From Nitrosopumilus sp. (GTDB taxonomy: Archaea; Thermoproteota; Nitrososphaeria; Nitrososphaerales; Nitrosopumilaceae): 64,000 bases of DNA. Below, piece by piece: positions 18,547-29,091 of this stretch; the stretch's first letter is position 1; each line of letters begins with the position of its first letter. A program made the translations under genes and the position numbers. The stretch covers positions 320,001 to 384,000 of the forward strand of contig OZ242186.1 in NCBI GenBank assembly GCA_965205675.1. Reading direction: 5' to 3'. Under the pieces are notes generated by a model that was not told where the DNA came from, searched no databases, and was given only the letters and a program-made list of their open reading frames with translations.

Positions 18547-20217
18547 ATGAAATGGAAAACACTACAACACAACGGAATCTTATTTCCTCCTGTATATGAG
18601 GCTCAAGGAATTAAAATAAAGATCAAAGGAGATACTGTAAATCTTGATGTAACTCAAGAAGAAATGGTGTATCAATGGGCCAAAAAGAAAGATACACCGT
18701 ATGCCCAAGACAAAGTATTTCAAAAAAACTTTACAGTAGATTTTGTTAAAACTTTGGACTCAAAATTTAAAAAAATATCATATGAAGATATTGATTTTTC
18801 AAATGCCTACAAGATAGTTGACAAAGAAAAAGATCTCAAAGAAATGATGAGTAAGGAAGAGAGGAAATCACTTGCTGCAAAAAGAAAAGGATTGCGAGAA
18901 GAACTAAAAGCAAAGTTTGGAATCGCCATCATGTCAGGAAAGGATGGTAAAACAGTTGAGGTAGAAGTCGGAAACTATATGGCTGAACCGCCTGGAATAT
19001 TTATTGGACGAGGAGAACATCCACTAAGAGGCAAATGGAAACCGCCAGTAACTGCAAAAGATGTTACATTAAACCTTGGAAAAGAAGCCAAAATACCAGA
19101 AGGTGAATGGGGAAAGATAATTCATGATCAAAATTCTATGTGGTTAGCTAGTTGGATGGATTTTCTTACACAAAAAAGAAAATATGTATGGCTTGCAGAT
19201 ACTGCAGGATTAAAACAAGACAGAGACAAAGAAAAATACGAAAAAGCAGTAAAGCTTGCAAAAGAAATTGAGAAGATTAAAGATAGAATTGTCAGAGATA
19301 TGAAAAATGAAAAGAAGAGAAAGATTGCTACTGCATGTTATCTAATTTACAGAACTGCTATGAGAGTAGGAGACGAAAAAGATCCAGATGAGGCAGATAC
19401 AGTAGGTGCGACGACTCTGAGAAAAGAACATATCAAAATTACATCCAATACAATTGAATTTGATTTTCTAGGTAAGGATAGTGTAAGATGGCAAGAAACA
19501 ATAAAAGCTGAAGGCCATGATAAACAATTTCATAAAAATCTAAAGAAACTAGTAGAAAATAAAAAACCAAAAGATGAGATATTTGAAGGGATTACCTCAA
19601 GACACGTTAATGCGTATTATTCTGAAATTGTCAAAGGATTAACAGCCAAGGTATTTAGAACATATCTGGCAACAACTGTAGTCAAAAACTACCTGGTAGA
19701 GCATGACAACATGAAAGGTAAAACCGGAATTGAGAAACTGTATCATGCAAAATTGGCAAATCTTGAAGCTGCCATGATGTGTAATCACAAAAGAACAATC
19801 CCTAAAACATTTGAGCAATCATTGCAAAAGAAAAGAGATACTTTGAAGAAAGTTGAAAAAGAACAAGCTTGGAAAAAAACCCAAGAAACTCTCAAAAAAG
19901 TAGAATCAAATGAACCTAAAACAGATACTCAAAAGAAAACTAAAACTAGAAGAATTAAGACATTAAACGAACAAATCAAAAAGCAAAAATCAAAACACAA
20001 GGAAAGATTAGAAAAATTAGAATTGCAAATTGACTTGTCTGAGAAAACTAAAGACTATAACATTGGTACATCTTTGAGAAATTACATTGATCCACGTGTG
20101 TTTAAAGCATGGACTGATGAGGTGGGTGTAGAATGGGAGAAATTATACACATCGGCATTACAAAAGAAATTCCTATGGGTTAAAAATAAAAAAATTCAAT
20201 GGAACAGTATAAAATAA
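18547..20217 (+). CDS. DNA topoisomerase IB (eukaryote-like, Nitrososphaerota hallmark)
   Basis: KWKTLQHNG, EPPGIFIGRGEHP, RVGDEKD..EADTVG, FLGKDS, AKVFRTY, CNHKR and TSLRNYIDPR motifs. Confidence 0.96.
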   Translation: MKWKTLQHNGILFPPVYEAQGIKIKIKGDTVNLDVTQEEMVYQWAKKKDTPYAQDKVFQKNFTVDFVKTLDSKFKKISYEDIDFSNAYKIVDKEKDLKEMMSKEERKSLAAKRKGLREELKAKFGIAIMSGKDGKTVEVEVGNYMAEPPGIFIGRGEHPLRGKWKPPVTAKDVTLNLGKEAKIPEGEWGKIIHDQNSMWLASWMDFLTQKRKYVWLADTAGLKQDRDKEKYEKAVKLAKEIEKIKDRIVRDMKNEKKRKIATACYLIYRTAMRVGDEKDPDEADTVGATTLRKEHIKITSNTIEFDFLGKDSVRWQETIKAEGHDKQFHKNLKKLVENKKPKDEIFEGITSRHVNAYYSEIVKGLTAKVFRTYLATTVVKNYLVEHDNMKGKTGIEKLYHAKLANLEAAMMCNHKRTIPKTFEQSLQKKRDTLKKVEKEQAWKKTQETLKKVESNEPKTDTQKKTKTRRIKTLNEQIKKQKSKHKERLEKLELQIDLSEKTKDYNIGTSLRNYIDPRVFKAWTDEVGVEWEKLYTSALQKKFLWVKNKKIQWNSIK

Positions 20218-20260
20218 AATTAGAATCATTTAATTTCCTAAGTTTTTAATCTCATATCAT

Positions 20261-20375
20261 GCCGGGGTAGCTCAGCCTGGTTAGAGTGCCAGTTCAATTG
20301 GTAAACTCTAACGGTTCTCCAACTAAGGCAATACTCATAATCTGGAGGTCGCGAGTTCGAAACTCGCCCCCGGCA
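20261..20375 (+). tRNA. tRNA-Met(CAT), elongator type, with a 40-nt intron at non-canonical position 30/31 (20293..20332)
   Basis: Acceptor GCCGGGG/CCCCGGC and T-arm GCGAG-TTCGAAA-CTCGC. Intron removal gives anticodon arm CCAGA-CTCATAA-TCTGG. A bulge-helix-bulge motif is present. Confidence 0.92.
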
Positions 20376-20659
20376 CACACCTATCAAATTGAGATTTAAA
20401 GTGAACATGGATGTTTTGTAATTAATTTTTGTTTCAAAATAATGTGTAGTTATAAAAATTAAAAAAAGTGTACGGATCAAATGGCGGTGTATGGTTTAAA
20501 AATAAGAAATTATGTCATAACTGCATTTTGTATATTTGCATCCATAATAATTGGAGGTAGGTATCCATTTGTACAACTTCAAATATTGCAACTTGATACA
20601 TACAAACTTTGTTTCCCAATTCCACTTTACATGTTTACTCTATAAACAAATCATTATCT

Positions 20660-20880
20660 AGTCCTGATTCATCTCCTGCCCCATTGCATCATCAAATTGT
20701 ATATCATTACCTTGAATTTTATCTCTCTTGCCACATTACACCAAACTCTGGCTGAAATATTCTCTCCAAGAATTCTTATCCATGTGGAGAATGTAATTTC
20801 TGCAGACCAACGTCTACCATAACCTATATGATATTCATATCACTAGACAATCACATAGAACAATTGTTGCATTATTGGTA
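20660..20880 (-). mobile_element. IS5-family (IS903-like) transposase C-terminal remnant
   Basis: IGYGRRWSAEITFSTWIRILGENISARVWCNVAREIKFKVMIYN. Confidence 0.7.
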
Positions 20881-21250
20881 AAATCTGTACGAAAAATATG
20901 TGCAATTCATCCTCTTGTATTTTTAGAGTTTAGTTTTATGAATGATGTAAAAAAATTATTTAAAAGCACAAGGATGAAAGTTGCAAAAAAGGAATTTAAT
21001 TGGGAATAAAAGCACTTACAAGATATCCAGTATTATGATGTTGTAAGAGTTGTAAATAATTCTAAAAATAGGATTAATTTAGTTGTAATTAGAGTCTGCA
21101 GAAGTGTCACAAAGGAAATTTTTTTTGGATAGTGTTTCAAATCATGTTTTGCATAAATCAAAAAACCAGTATTAATTGTAAAATAACATTATCTTTGATT
21201 TAATAATAAAATAGATAAAAATAATATAGAAAAAGTTTAAACTCCCAATA

Positions 21251-21475
21251 TTGATGAGTGAACCGCCTGAATCTACTTCAGAGGATGAAATTTGTCCAAT
21301 ATGTGGTAAACCAAAAAGCAAACATGATTCTAATGAGATTAGAAAATGCTCTGAAAAACTAGTTGAAATGGGAATAAAGCGTTATTGTGGTTTATGTGGA
21401 CTAACCAAACCCGCATCTGGAATGCATGACAGATGTGAAAAATGTGGTGAAAAGTATTCTTTTTCAAATGCATGA
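21251..21475 (+). CDS. Small zinc-finger protein
   Basis: CPICGKPKSKH...C, CGLC and CEKC motifs in 74 aa. Confidence 0.6.
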   Translation: MMSEPPESTSEDEICPICGKPKSKHDSNEIRKCSEKLVEMGIKRYCGLCGLTKPASGMHDRCEKCGEKYSFSNA

Positions 21476-22112
21476 TAAAATATTGAATAATGCTTGTGAT
21501 TTTGTATTACTTTATTCATTCCATATTTTGAACATTTGTAATTTCTCATAAATTCTTCTTCAAATTCATTCATCTGTTAATTCAAAATCAAATTAAAAAG
21601 AATAATGGTCATTTTTCTATAAGAGTATATGATTGACACTTGAAAATGAATCTCTTAACCACACATGATCAAGAGTTATTGATGAACAACCAGATGAAGA
21701 ATCTGATGTGGAATAAGGAATGAATTGATTTTGAGATATGGTTGTCTGAATGGTTTTTAACAACAGATCCCTATAGTGGATAGGCAAATAACTTAGAATT
21801 TTTGCCTATACTCAATAACAAAAACTCGTCACCCTATTCTGAACTCGATTTACGTACATTGTAGATTCAAGTTTAAATTTCAGGAATTAGCATAATTTGA
21901 AAAATTTTAGGTCATGAATATTTGTTAGACAGTATAGTTGTTAGAATTTATTTTTATTATTTGTCTAGATCATTAAAGTCAAGATTACAATAAAGAATCA
22001 ACAAGTATGTTTTAATTTATTTTTAAATAACATGATACTTTTATCTAACATAATTAAACTAGCATATTGTGAACAAACGCTTTGGGATGATAATTATAAC
22101 ATTAGGGATCAT

Positions 22113-23433
22113 CAGTAGATGGGAAAGTAACTCAAGTTACACATTCTAGAAAATAATTATTTTTGTTATTTCTAAAATAATGAATAATTATCTTTACAAA
22201 GAAATATTTGAGAATTTCAATTGATATTATTGGTTTGTGATTTTGTACATTAGTTTCTTCTGAGATAATCAAATTAGCAATTATCCATGCATTGTACAAA
22301 ATCAATGAATAGTAAAAATACAACAATCTTATGGATTGGTTTGAACTGGTGGTTTTTGGTCTGAACCTTCCCACACATGCATAGCCTGTTTCAATCCCCC
22401 AACGTTTCTTGTAGTCAGTTGGAATGTTTTGTATGTTATATGATTATTTCTTTTGGTGAAATATTTGTTGCAAACACAACATACTGATCAATAATATCTG
22501 ATTTTTTTCTTGCATTTTTGTTTGGCAGAATAACTAGATTAAATGATTCTACATGTCCTGATGATGATTTTATTGTGTATGGCGAGATTGACTTTCTATC
22601 TCCATTAACGTATTGTACAATTGCATCTTTGATTCGAGAATTCTTTTATGCAGGCATTAGAAATTTCAGATTCTTTTGTTTTATTTCTGAAATTGTTCCA
22701 GCTGTGAAAAACTCCCTATCCACTAGCAATAGTTTAATCTTGATTCCATTATTGATGCCATCAGAGAGTAATTTACGCACAAAATCGGCATTTGATTTGT
22801 TGTCATACAAAGGATAACAACCTAGTTGAGCCCTGATTCTTTTTTCAACGCACTGCATGGTGCAGTAACTCTCAAAATGAGTAGTACTGTTTTTTGATTT
22901 TGATTTTATTAAAGAATGGTTTGGCAATTTGTCATATCTTGGGATTAGATGTTTGTCAATTGCTACAGTAACTGGTTGTTCCAATACTCCCAATTCTTGT
23001 AATTTTGATACTGTACTATCTAGTGACTGATGTAATTGAATTTGCATTGTTTTTTGTGATATTTTTGATATGATTTTTCTCAACCATGAAACCAGTTGGA
23101 GAAGCATTATCTGATTCCATTGCCAGTCTCTTTAATCCAGATTCAGAATATGAATTTCCCAAACACAATGACATGATAGAATTATGTGCATCTGCATTAT
23201 GGAACCGTGAGTTATTTTTACTAGAGCACGGAAACAACAAGATATTGTACATTATTTTAGTGATAATCTCAAATGCTTTAGATAGTATCACGCCTTGGTG
23301 TGTCATGGCATCAAATGAAGTACAATGCATATTTGATGGAGTGACATACTTCCATCAAGCTTTTTCTATCTGAATAGATTGATTGAATAATTGATAGTTT
23401 TTGATCTAAATTGAGTTACTTTCCCATCTACTG
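22113..23433 (-). mobile_element. ISH3-family IS with both ends intact and a pseudogenized transposase
   Basis: Perfect 23-bp TIR CAGTAGATGGGAAAGTAACTCAA and 5-bp target duplication ATCAT. Fragments VAIDKHLIPRY, LLLVDREFF, YKKRWGIETGY and ILYNAW. Confidence 0.9.
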
Positions 23434-23517
23434 ATCATAGTATCTTTTGCAGTAATGGGATCTCCCGCATTAGTTGGCTTTGATACTATGAGATAGTAAT
23501 TATCAAATATGTAAAAT

Positions 23518-23946
23518 CTAAGAATAGTATTCTTTGAATCCTTTATCCGTCGGATGCAATTCTGTTTTAGGACCAAACATTCCTTGTTTATGAACAACTT
23601 TTAGCATTTTATTATTTTCTAAATCTTCCAAGATAAAATCAAGTTCTTTATTATCTAATCCAGTGTTTTTTTGAATACTTTCAAAAGTTTTTGAACCTCT
23701 GTTAAGTGCACCTAAAACAAGATTATTGTTTGTTTGTGGTTTAGAATGATCTATTTTATGTTCAAAAGATGGGGATTGAGGTTCAGGAGCAGGTTTAGTA
23801 AAAGATGGTTCAAATTGTTGTTTTTGAGAAGATTGAGAGAAATTTTTCCCTATCCCTCTTTTTGCCAAAAGCCGTGGAATGATTCTTGCCAGAGGTATTG
23901 CCATGAAAATTATGATGTAAATCCATGAAAAATTAGGATCTGCCAT
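23518..23946 (-). CDS. Membrane-anchored hypothetical protein with C-terminal winged-helix-like domain
   Basis: N-terminal TM segment and KTFESIQKNTGLDNKELDFILEDLE...LHPTDKG. Confidence 0.75.
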   Translation of the reverse strand: MADPNFSWIYIIIFMAIPLARIIPRLLAKRGIGKNFSQSSQKQQFEPSFTKPAPEPQSPSFEHKIDHSKPQTNNNLVLGALNRGSKTFESIQKNTGLDNKELDFILEDLENNKMLKVVHKQGMFGPKTELHPTDKGFKEYYS

Positions 23947-23991
23947 TAATTTTCATATACATCAATATCATAAATTTGTTAAGGGACACAA

Positions 23992-24133
23992 TAGACCACT
24001 TGCGTAATTATAGAAATTTTTTCTCAAATTTTGTATTTTAACAGAATTCATACCTGAAAATTCAAATTTCTCAACCAATTTGAAAAATCCTGCAACAAAA
24101 TTCATGCCTAGAAATAATTACGCAAGACGTCTA
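23992..24133. mobile_element. MITE family A, copy 2
   Basis: TAGACCACTTGCGTAATT ... AATTACGCAAGACGTCTA, bounded by TA. About five substitutions versus copy 1. Confidence 0.85.
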
Positions 24134-24183
24134 ATATCTGATGGTATTTTGGTGTAGTATATTGATATAATAATAGGGAATAA

Positions 24184-25059
24184 GTGTTAAAAATAGTGTC
24201 AAAATATCAATCCCCTAAAGTTAATGTAAACATGAGTGCAGCTAAAGGAATTCTAGTAGCAATAGCCATTCTTATAATTATTGGAGTAGTGGTATCGGCT
24301 TCAGTTAAAATAGTCGATGCAGGTAATAGGGGGGTACTATTGCATTGGAATGCAGTTGATCTTACCGCGCCTCCACTGGACGAAGGAATACATTTTCTAA
24401 TTCCTTTCCAAGATGATATTGTACAGATGGAAGTTCGTACTTTAAAGTATGATAAAGATACTAGAAGTGCATCAAAAGATCTTCAATCAGTAGAAACAAC
24501 AGTTACAGTAAACTATCATCCAGATCAAGAACAAGTCCATGTATTATTCAAAGAAATCGGATTAGATTATGAAAACAGGGTTATTCAACCTGCCATTGAA
24601 GAAACAGTAAAACAAGTAACTGCAAATTATAATGCTGAAGAACTTATTACAAAAAGACCCCAAGTCAAGTCAGACATTGAAAATGCAATCAGAGATAGAT
24701 TAAATCAATTTGACGTAATAACAGAGGTAATCTCAATCACAGATTTTGAATTCTCAGTATTATTCAACAAGGCAATTGAATCCAAAGTAGAAGCAGAACA
24801 GAATGCACTAAGGGCAGAAAACGACCTGAGAAGAATACAAGTTGAAGCTCAACAACATGAAGCCACAGCAGAAGGTATAGCAAATGCAAACATTGCAGAA
24901 GCTAAAGGTGAAGCCGAAGCAATTGCAATTATTAATAATGCATTGGCAAACAATCCAAATTATTTAGAATGGCTAAAAACACAAACATGGGATGGCAAAC
25001 TACCTCTAGTTGTGGGAGAGGGTGGAACACCATTCATTCAGATACCAGTAACCCCATAA
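24184..25059 (+). CDS. SPFH/prohibitin (band 7) family protein
   Basis: TM segment, EGIHFLIPF, SASKDLQ, AEELITKR and AIESKVEAEQ motifs. Confidence 0.92.
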   Translation: MLKIVSKYQSPKVNVNMSAAKGILVAIAILIIIGVVVSASVKIVDAGNRGVLLHWNAVDLTAPPLDEGIHFLIPFQDDIVQMEVRTLKYDKDTRSASKDLQSVETTVTVNYHPDQEQVHVLFKEIGLDYENRVIQPAIEETVKQVTANYNAEELITKRPQVKSDIENAIRDRLNQFDVITEVISITDFEFSVLFNKAIESKVEAEQNALRAENDLRRIQVEAQQHEATAEGIANANIAEAKGEAEAIAIINNALANNPNYLEWLKTQTWDGKLPLVVGEGGTPFIQIPVTP

Positions 25060-25077
25060 ACAGCTTAGAAAAAATTA

Positions 25078-25374
25078 TTATTTATCACGAGTATTTTCTC
25101 TAACTGCATCATACATTGCAAGGAATTGATCAGGCTCATTTTGACGATAATTTTTCTCAAGATTTTGAATTTCTTGGTGTGAGATTTTTTCCCCTTTATT
25201 TTCATAATATTCTTTGATAATTTGAGAAGGAGTTTTTTTAATATTATATCTCCGAAGGGATTGATTAACAGATCTTTTACAATACAAATCATAAACTAGG
25301 AATCTATAAGCCAAATATCCAAATAATCCAATGACAGTGACAATTAGAATAGGAATTATGATGATTGATGCCAT
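25078..25374 (-). CDS. Small membrane-anchored hypothetical protein
   Basis: 98-aa ORF with an N-terminal TM helix and normal composition. Confidence 0.7.
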   Translation of the reverse strand: MASIIIIPILIVTVIGLFGYLAYRFLVYDLYCKRSVNQSLRRYNIKKTPSQIIKEYYENKGEKISHQEIQNLEKNYRQNEPDQFLAMYDAVRENTRDK

Positions 25375-25730
25375 GATTAATAATATAATATTTTGATATT
25401 TGTTTGTTCTTCTTTAGGATTGTAAAAGCAATAATGTTGTAAAACATAAAAATGTGATCTAATTGAAGATGCATATACAAAAATAACATGATAAATTATT
25501 AAATAATATTACAAGTATTAATAACAAGTTTGGAGAATCTTGAGGATTTAAAATGATAAATCCAAACGGACTTTTTATCAAGAGGAATTCTTTGAATGAA
25601 TGTAATTCTAATTTAAAACCACATTTACACATTTTAAAAATTCAAGATTAGATTCTAATATTTTTAGATAAAAAACCGATAATTTTTGAATCAACAATTT
25701 CTTTGATAATAGATATCAAGATAATCTTAA

Positions 25731-26954
25731 ATGGAGTATTTTGAGATTTTATGCAAATTGGGAGAATTTCAAGAATTTGCAGAAGCTCTATTTGGGCAAC
25801 TATCAGTAGAAATTAACGAAGAAAAAGAGATTATAGAATTAGCAGTCAAAGCTAAAGATAATATTACAAATAAAATACAATTTCAAGAACTAGATGATAT
25901 TGCCAATGAAATATTACCAGATTTTAAAAACAAAATAGAAGAATTTACAGGAATTAAAGTCCCAGAGAATATTTCATTAAAATTTCCAGAATTAGAGGAG
26001 TTAAAGAGAATTAAAGGAAACAAAGTATTTGCAGATAATGAATCAAAAGAATTTGTCACAGAATTATTTAATGCAGTTGCAAAAGAAAATTTAAAAAAAA
26101 TTGCAGAGCTTATGCAGCAAGATACTGCAAAATACTTGGTATATTCTACATATGCAATTCAGTATATTTCAAAAATTACAACAACGTACGGGGATTATCT
26201 TGATTCAGAAATTTATTTAAATAAATTCATTTTGTCAAGATATCCGCAAATAATTTTACATAAACAAGGCCAACCATATGAATTAAAATTTGAAAATGTA
26301 AATTCAGGATATCTAGGGGCAATAAAGATGACTGTTCTTGAAGAATTAGTTCATTCATCACAAGAAAACTTACAACAAATAAACAAAAATGCAGCAATGA
26401 AAGTAAATAAAATAAATGAAGAATTGGCAAAAATTATTTTATCCCTAGATACTGAAACTGTAAACAAATTATCAGAATATTGCCAATTACAAACAGTGCC
26501 TGATGATTTCCCATTTGCAAAAAAGGCCAATTTATTTTTCTTTTTGAATCCAGATCATTTCTTAATTGAACAGATTGGACCGGATGTAATGACATTTACA
26601 CATGTAGAGATAGATCCAAAAATTGGAGAATTAATTCCAGAATTATTGGATATTTATAAAAAATGGTTAATTCCAATACAACAACATCATGCTGCATTTA
26701 CAGCAATGGAAGGAATGGCAGCATTTGTAATTGAAAATATTTTAAAAGATGATCAAGATTTTCAGAATTATCTTTTAACGTTTATGGGCACAGATTTTTC
26801 GTCATATCAAGTTAGAAAGAGTATGGGCAAGGATTTTACAAAGATAGTGTATGAAAAATTGGGCAAGAATACATTTAAGAAAATGATAGAAATTCCACCA
26901 AATACACGAGAATTAAAAGATCCCCAACTATACCTTAAAAAACTGAGTATGTAA
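25731..26954 (+). CDS. Hypothetical protein, possible zincin-like metallopeptidase fold
   Basis: LEELVHSSQ...AMEGMA...GKDF...PPNTRELKDP pattern recalls Zincin_2 proteins. Confidence 0.7.
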   Translation: MEYFEILCKLGEFQEFAEALFGQLSVEINEEKEIIELAVKAKDNITNKIQFQELDDIANEILPDFKNKIEEFTGIKVPENISLKFPELEELKRIKGNKVFADNESKEFVTELFNAVAKENLKKIAELMQQDTAKYLVYSTYAIQYISKITTTYGDYLDSEIYLNKFILSRYPQIILHKQGQPYELKFENVNSGYLGAIKMTVLEELVHSSQENLQQINKNAAMKVNKINEELAKIILSLDTETVNKLSEYCQLQTVPDDFPFAKKANLFFFLNPDHFLIEQIGPDVMTFTHVEIDPKIGELIPELLDIYKKWLIPIQQHHAAFTAMEGMAAFVIENILKDDQDFQNYLLTFMGTDFSSYQVRKSMGKDFTKIVYEKLGKNTFKKMIEIPPNTRELKDPQLYLKKLSM

Positions 26955-26957
26955 TAA

Positions 26958-27782
26958 TTGGAAGAAAAATTTGATCCACTAGTTGCAGAATGGCTTGTAT
27001 TTGTAAATAATCCAAATTTTAATCTAGTTGAAAAGTGTTTAAAGTTTACACAAATTTTAGAATATCCAGATCTTGATGTGGAAAAATATATTCAAAAAAT
27101 AAATAATATTGGAAAATCTCTAAAAGAATCAATTAGTGATGTCAAAAATCCCACATATTTGATTTCAATGTTAAATGAACATCTCTTTGAAAATTTAGGA
27201 TTTAGTGGAGATGATGATGATTACTATAATCCAAAAAATAATTTTTTAAATGAAGTAATTGATAAAAAAACAGGACTGCCAATTACCATCTCAATTCTAT
27301 ATGTTGAAATTGCAAAGTTTATTGGATTAGATCTAAAAATAGTAGGATTCCCTAGTCATATATTGGTAAAATACAATGAAGAAATGATACTTGATCCATT
27401 TTATGATGGACGCTTATTAGATGTAGAGGATTTACAAGATATTCTTGATGCTAACTATGGGGGACAATTAGAATTTCAACCAGAATTCCTGGATGAAGTA
27501 AAACCCGAACAAATTCTTGTTAGATTGACAAGGAATTTAAAAAATTCATATGTTCAATCGTTTGTTTACGAAAAAGCATTACGATGTGTAAACATGGTTT
27601 TATCTATTGAGCCAGAATCCCCAGAAGACATAAGAGATAAAGGGATTTTGGAAGAAAGATTACAAAATTTTAAAATTGCTTTAAAATATTTGAATAAATA
27701 TTTGGAGATTAATCCAAATGCTGAAGATGTAGATTTTATCTTAGAATTGATTAGAAGTATAAAGACAAAAATTAATCAATAA
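26958..27782 (+). CDS. SirB1-like (transglutaminase-core + TPR) protein
   Basis: GFSGDDDDYYNPKNNFLNEVIDKKTGLPITISILY, GFPSH, ILDPF and a C-terminal TPR. Confidence 0.9.
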   Translation: MEEKFDPLVAEWLVFVNNPNFNLVEKCLKFTQILEYPDLDVEKYIQKINNIGKSLKESISDVKNPTYLISMLNEHLFENLGFSGDDDDYYNPKNNFLNEVIDKKTGLPITISILYVEIAKFIGLDLKIVGFPSHILVKYNEEMILDPFYDGRLLDVEDLQDILDANYGGQLEFQPEFLDEVKPEQILVRLTRNLKNSYVQSFVYEKALRCVNMVLSIEPESPEDIRDKGILEERLQNFKIALKYLNKYLEINPNAEDVDFILELIRSIKTKINQ

Positions 27783-27942
27783 TGGAATCTACATCCGTTC
27801 CTTTTTTAATCATTGAGATTTCATGACGAGCAATTTTATTTCTTAGTGCTTGTTTGAGAATATCCACTTCGCTTCTTAGCAATGCAATTTCGTCTTCAAG
27901 TTTTGCAACTCTCTCATAGATTGTTTCAGCTTCTGAGCTCAT
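27772..27942 (-). CDS. Small coiled-coil protein (56 aa, below the ORF-track cutoff)
   Basis: MSSEAETIYERVAKLEDEIALLRSEVDILKQALRNKIARHEISMIKKGTDVDSIID*. Confidence 0.65.
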   Translation of the reverse strand: MSSEAETIYERVAKLEDEIALLRSEVDILKQALRNKIARHEISMIKKGTDVDSIID

Positions 27943-28096
27943 GATTATGTATCTGTAAAAAATTGTTTTAAAAAGTTATGGGTAAAGATTTTGATGCATA
28001 GTCTCGATTTTTCACCTATAATTTAAGGCCAAATTATGTCTTAATATCTGGTTTGAAATCCAAATTCGTGGTACACTAGCTTCATATTTTATATAT

Positions 28097-28504
28097 TAGA
28101 CCTCTTGCGTAATTGCAGACAAAACCTCTCCTTTCATTGAATTTAATTTCAAATAATTTCCGACCTGTCAATTCACATGTCAGGTACATCTGATAGTAAA
28201 CAAACAACATTACAAGCTGGTCTTCAAGACTCAAATCAAACTTTCTCCCAGGCCCTGATGTCTCTTTTTCTCTTTGTTCTGGATAGTCTTTTCTTTTCCT
28301 CTGTTTGGTGATTCTTTCTGACATCCTTTAGAATCACATCAAAGTACTGCCTGGTTACTCCAGTAAAAGAGAGAAATGATCTTGGCTTTTTTGAGAGTTG
28401 CTTGTATGTTAACATGAAATGGAGTTATTGTTCTTATCTTTGGATCTTGTTGTGAATGAATTTGTGTAATATGGTAAAATCTGTCTAATTATGCAAGAGG
28501 TCTA
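28097..28504 (-). mobile_element. Internally deleted IS5/ISL2-like element; probable parent family of MITE A
   Basis: TIRs TAGACCTCTTGCGTAATT / AATTATGCAAGAGGTCTA. Transposase HTH N-terminus MLTYKQLSKKPRSFLSFTGV...GRKFDLSLEDQLVMLFVYY. Confidence 0.8.
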
Positions 28505-28526
28505 ATAAAAAAAGAAAAAGATTACT

Positions 28527-29078
28527 CTACTCCCGTAGTTTTATAGAAAATTTTTTTTTTATGTCATCATCTGTTGGGTGATCATCAACTAGATCTATTG
28601 AATTGCTAATTACTTCGGGATAATTACAAGGCATTCGATTGTTTGTTTCTCCATCAAAATGCCAGAGTAAAATATAGGCTTCATCATCAATTATATCAAC
28701 ACCTAAAAATTTGTAAAATCCTAGATATGAAAAATCCTCATCTTCAACACAACGAAATACTAGAGTCTGATTTTTTTGTAAATTTTGTTGGTAATTAAAA
28801 TCAGGAATTGCAGGATAGGGTCCATTGGGGCCACCGATAAAATATATAGTTAATGAATTATCTTCTTCTATGTATTCAAATTTGTCTATAGGTATAGGTT
28901 CTTTATTTTCATCTCCAATTTTAATAGAATCAATATGAGCAGTTGGTTCATCATCCAAAAAATTTACATTTTTTATTGGAACCACATAAGTAGAATAATT
29001 GTAAACAGATTCATAGCTTAATGCTAATGATATCCCAGCTGCTAAAATTATAGCTAATACTAAAAGCCAATTATTCAT
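28527..29078 (-). CDS. Hypothetical exported or membrane-anchored protein
   Basis: ATG at 29078 is followed by hydrophobic NWLLVLAIILAAGISLAL. Confidence 0.65.
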   Translation of the reverse strand: MNNWLLVLAIILAAGISLALSYESVYNYSTYVVPIKNVNFLDDEPTAHIDSIKIGDENKEPIPIDKFEYIEEDNSLTIYFIGGPNGPYPAIPDFNYQQNLQKNQTLVFRCVEDEDFSYLGFYKFLGVDIIDDEAYILLWHFDGETNNRMPCNYPEVISNSIDLVDDHPTDDDIKKKFSIKLRE

Positions 29079-29091
29079 AATAAAAAAAGGG

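Noticed and set aside
18547-20217. Topoisomerase IB as a eukaryotic or viral transfer
   Set aside because: An established native feature of Nitrososphaerota.
21666-21710. Possible box C/D sRNA (TGATGA...CTGA)
   Set aside because: Box spacing is too short and such motifs are frequent by chance in AT-rich DNA.
23086-23373. Plus-strand 95-aa ORF and other short ORFs inside IS elements
   Set aside because: Antisense to the decayed ISH3 transposase.
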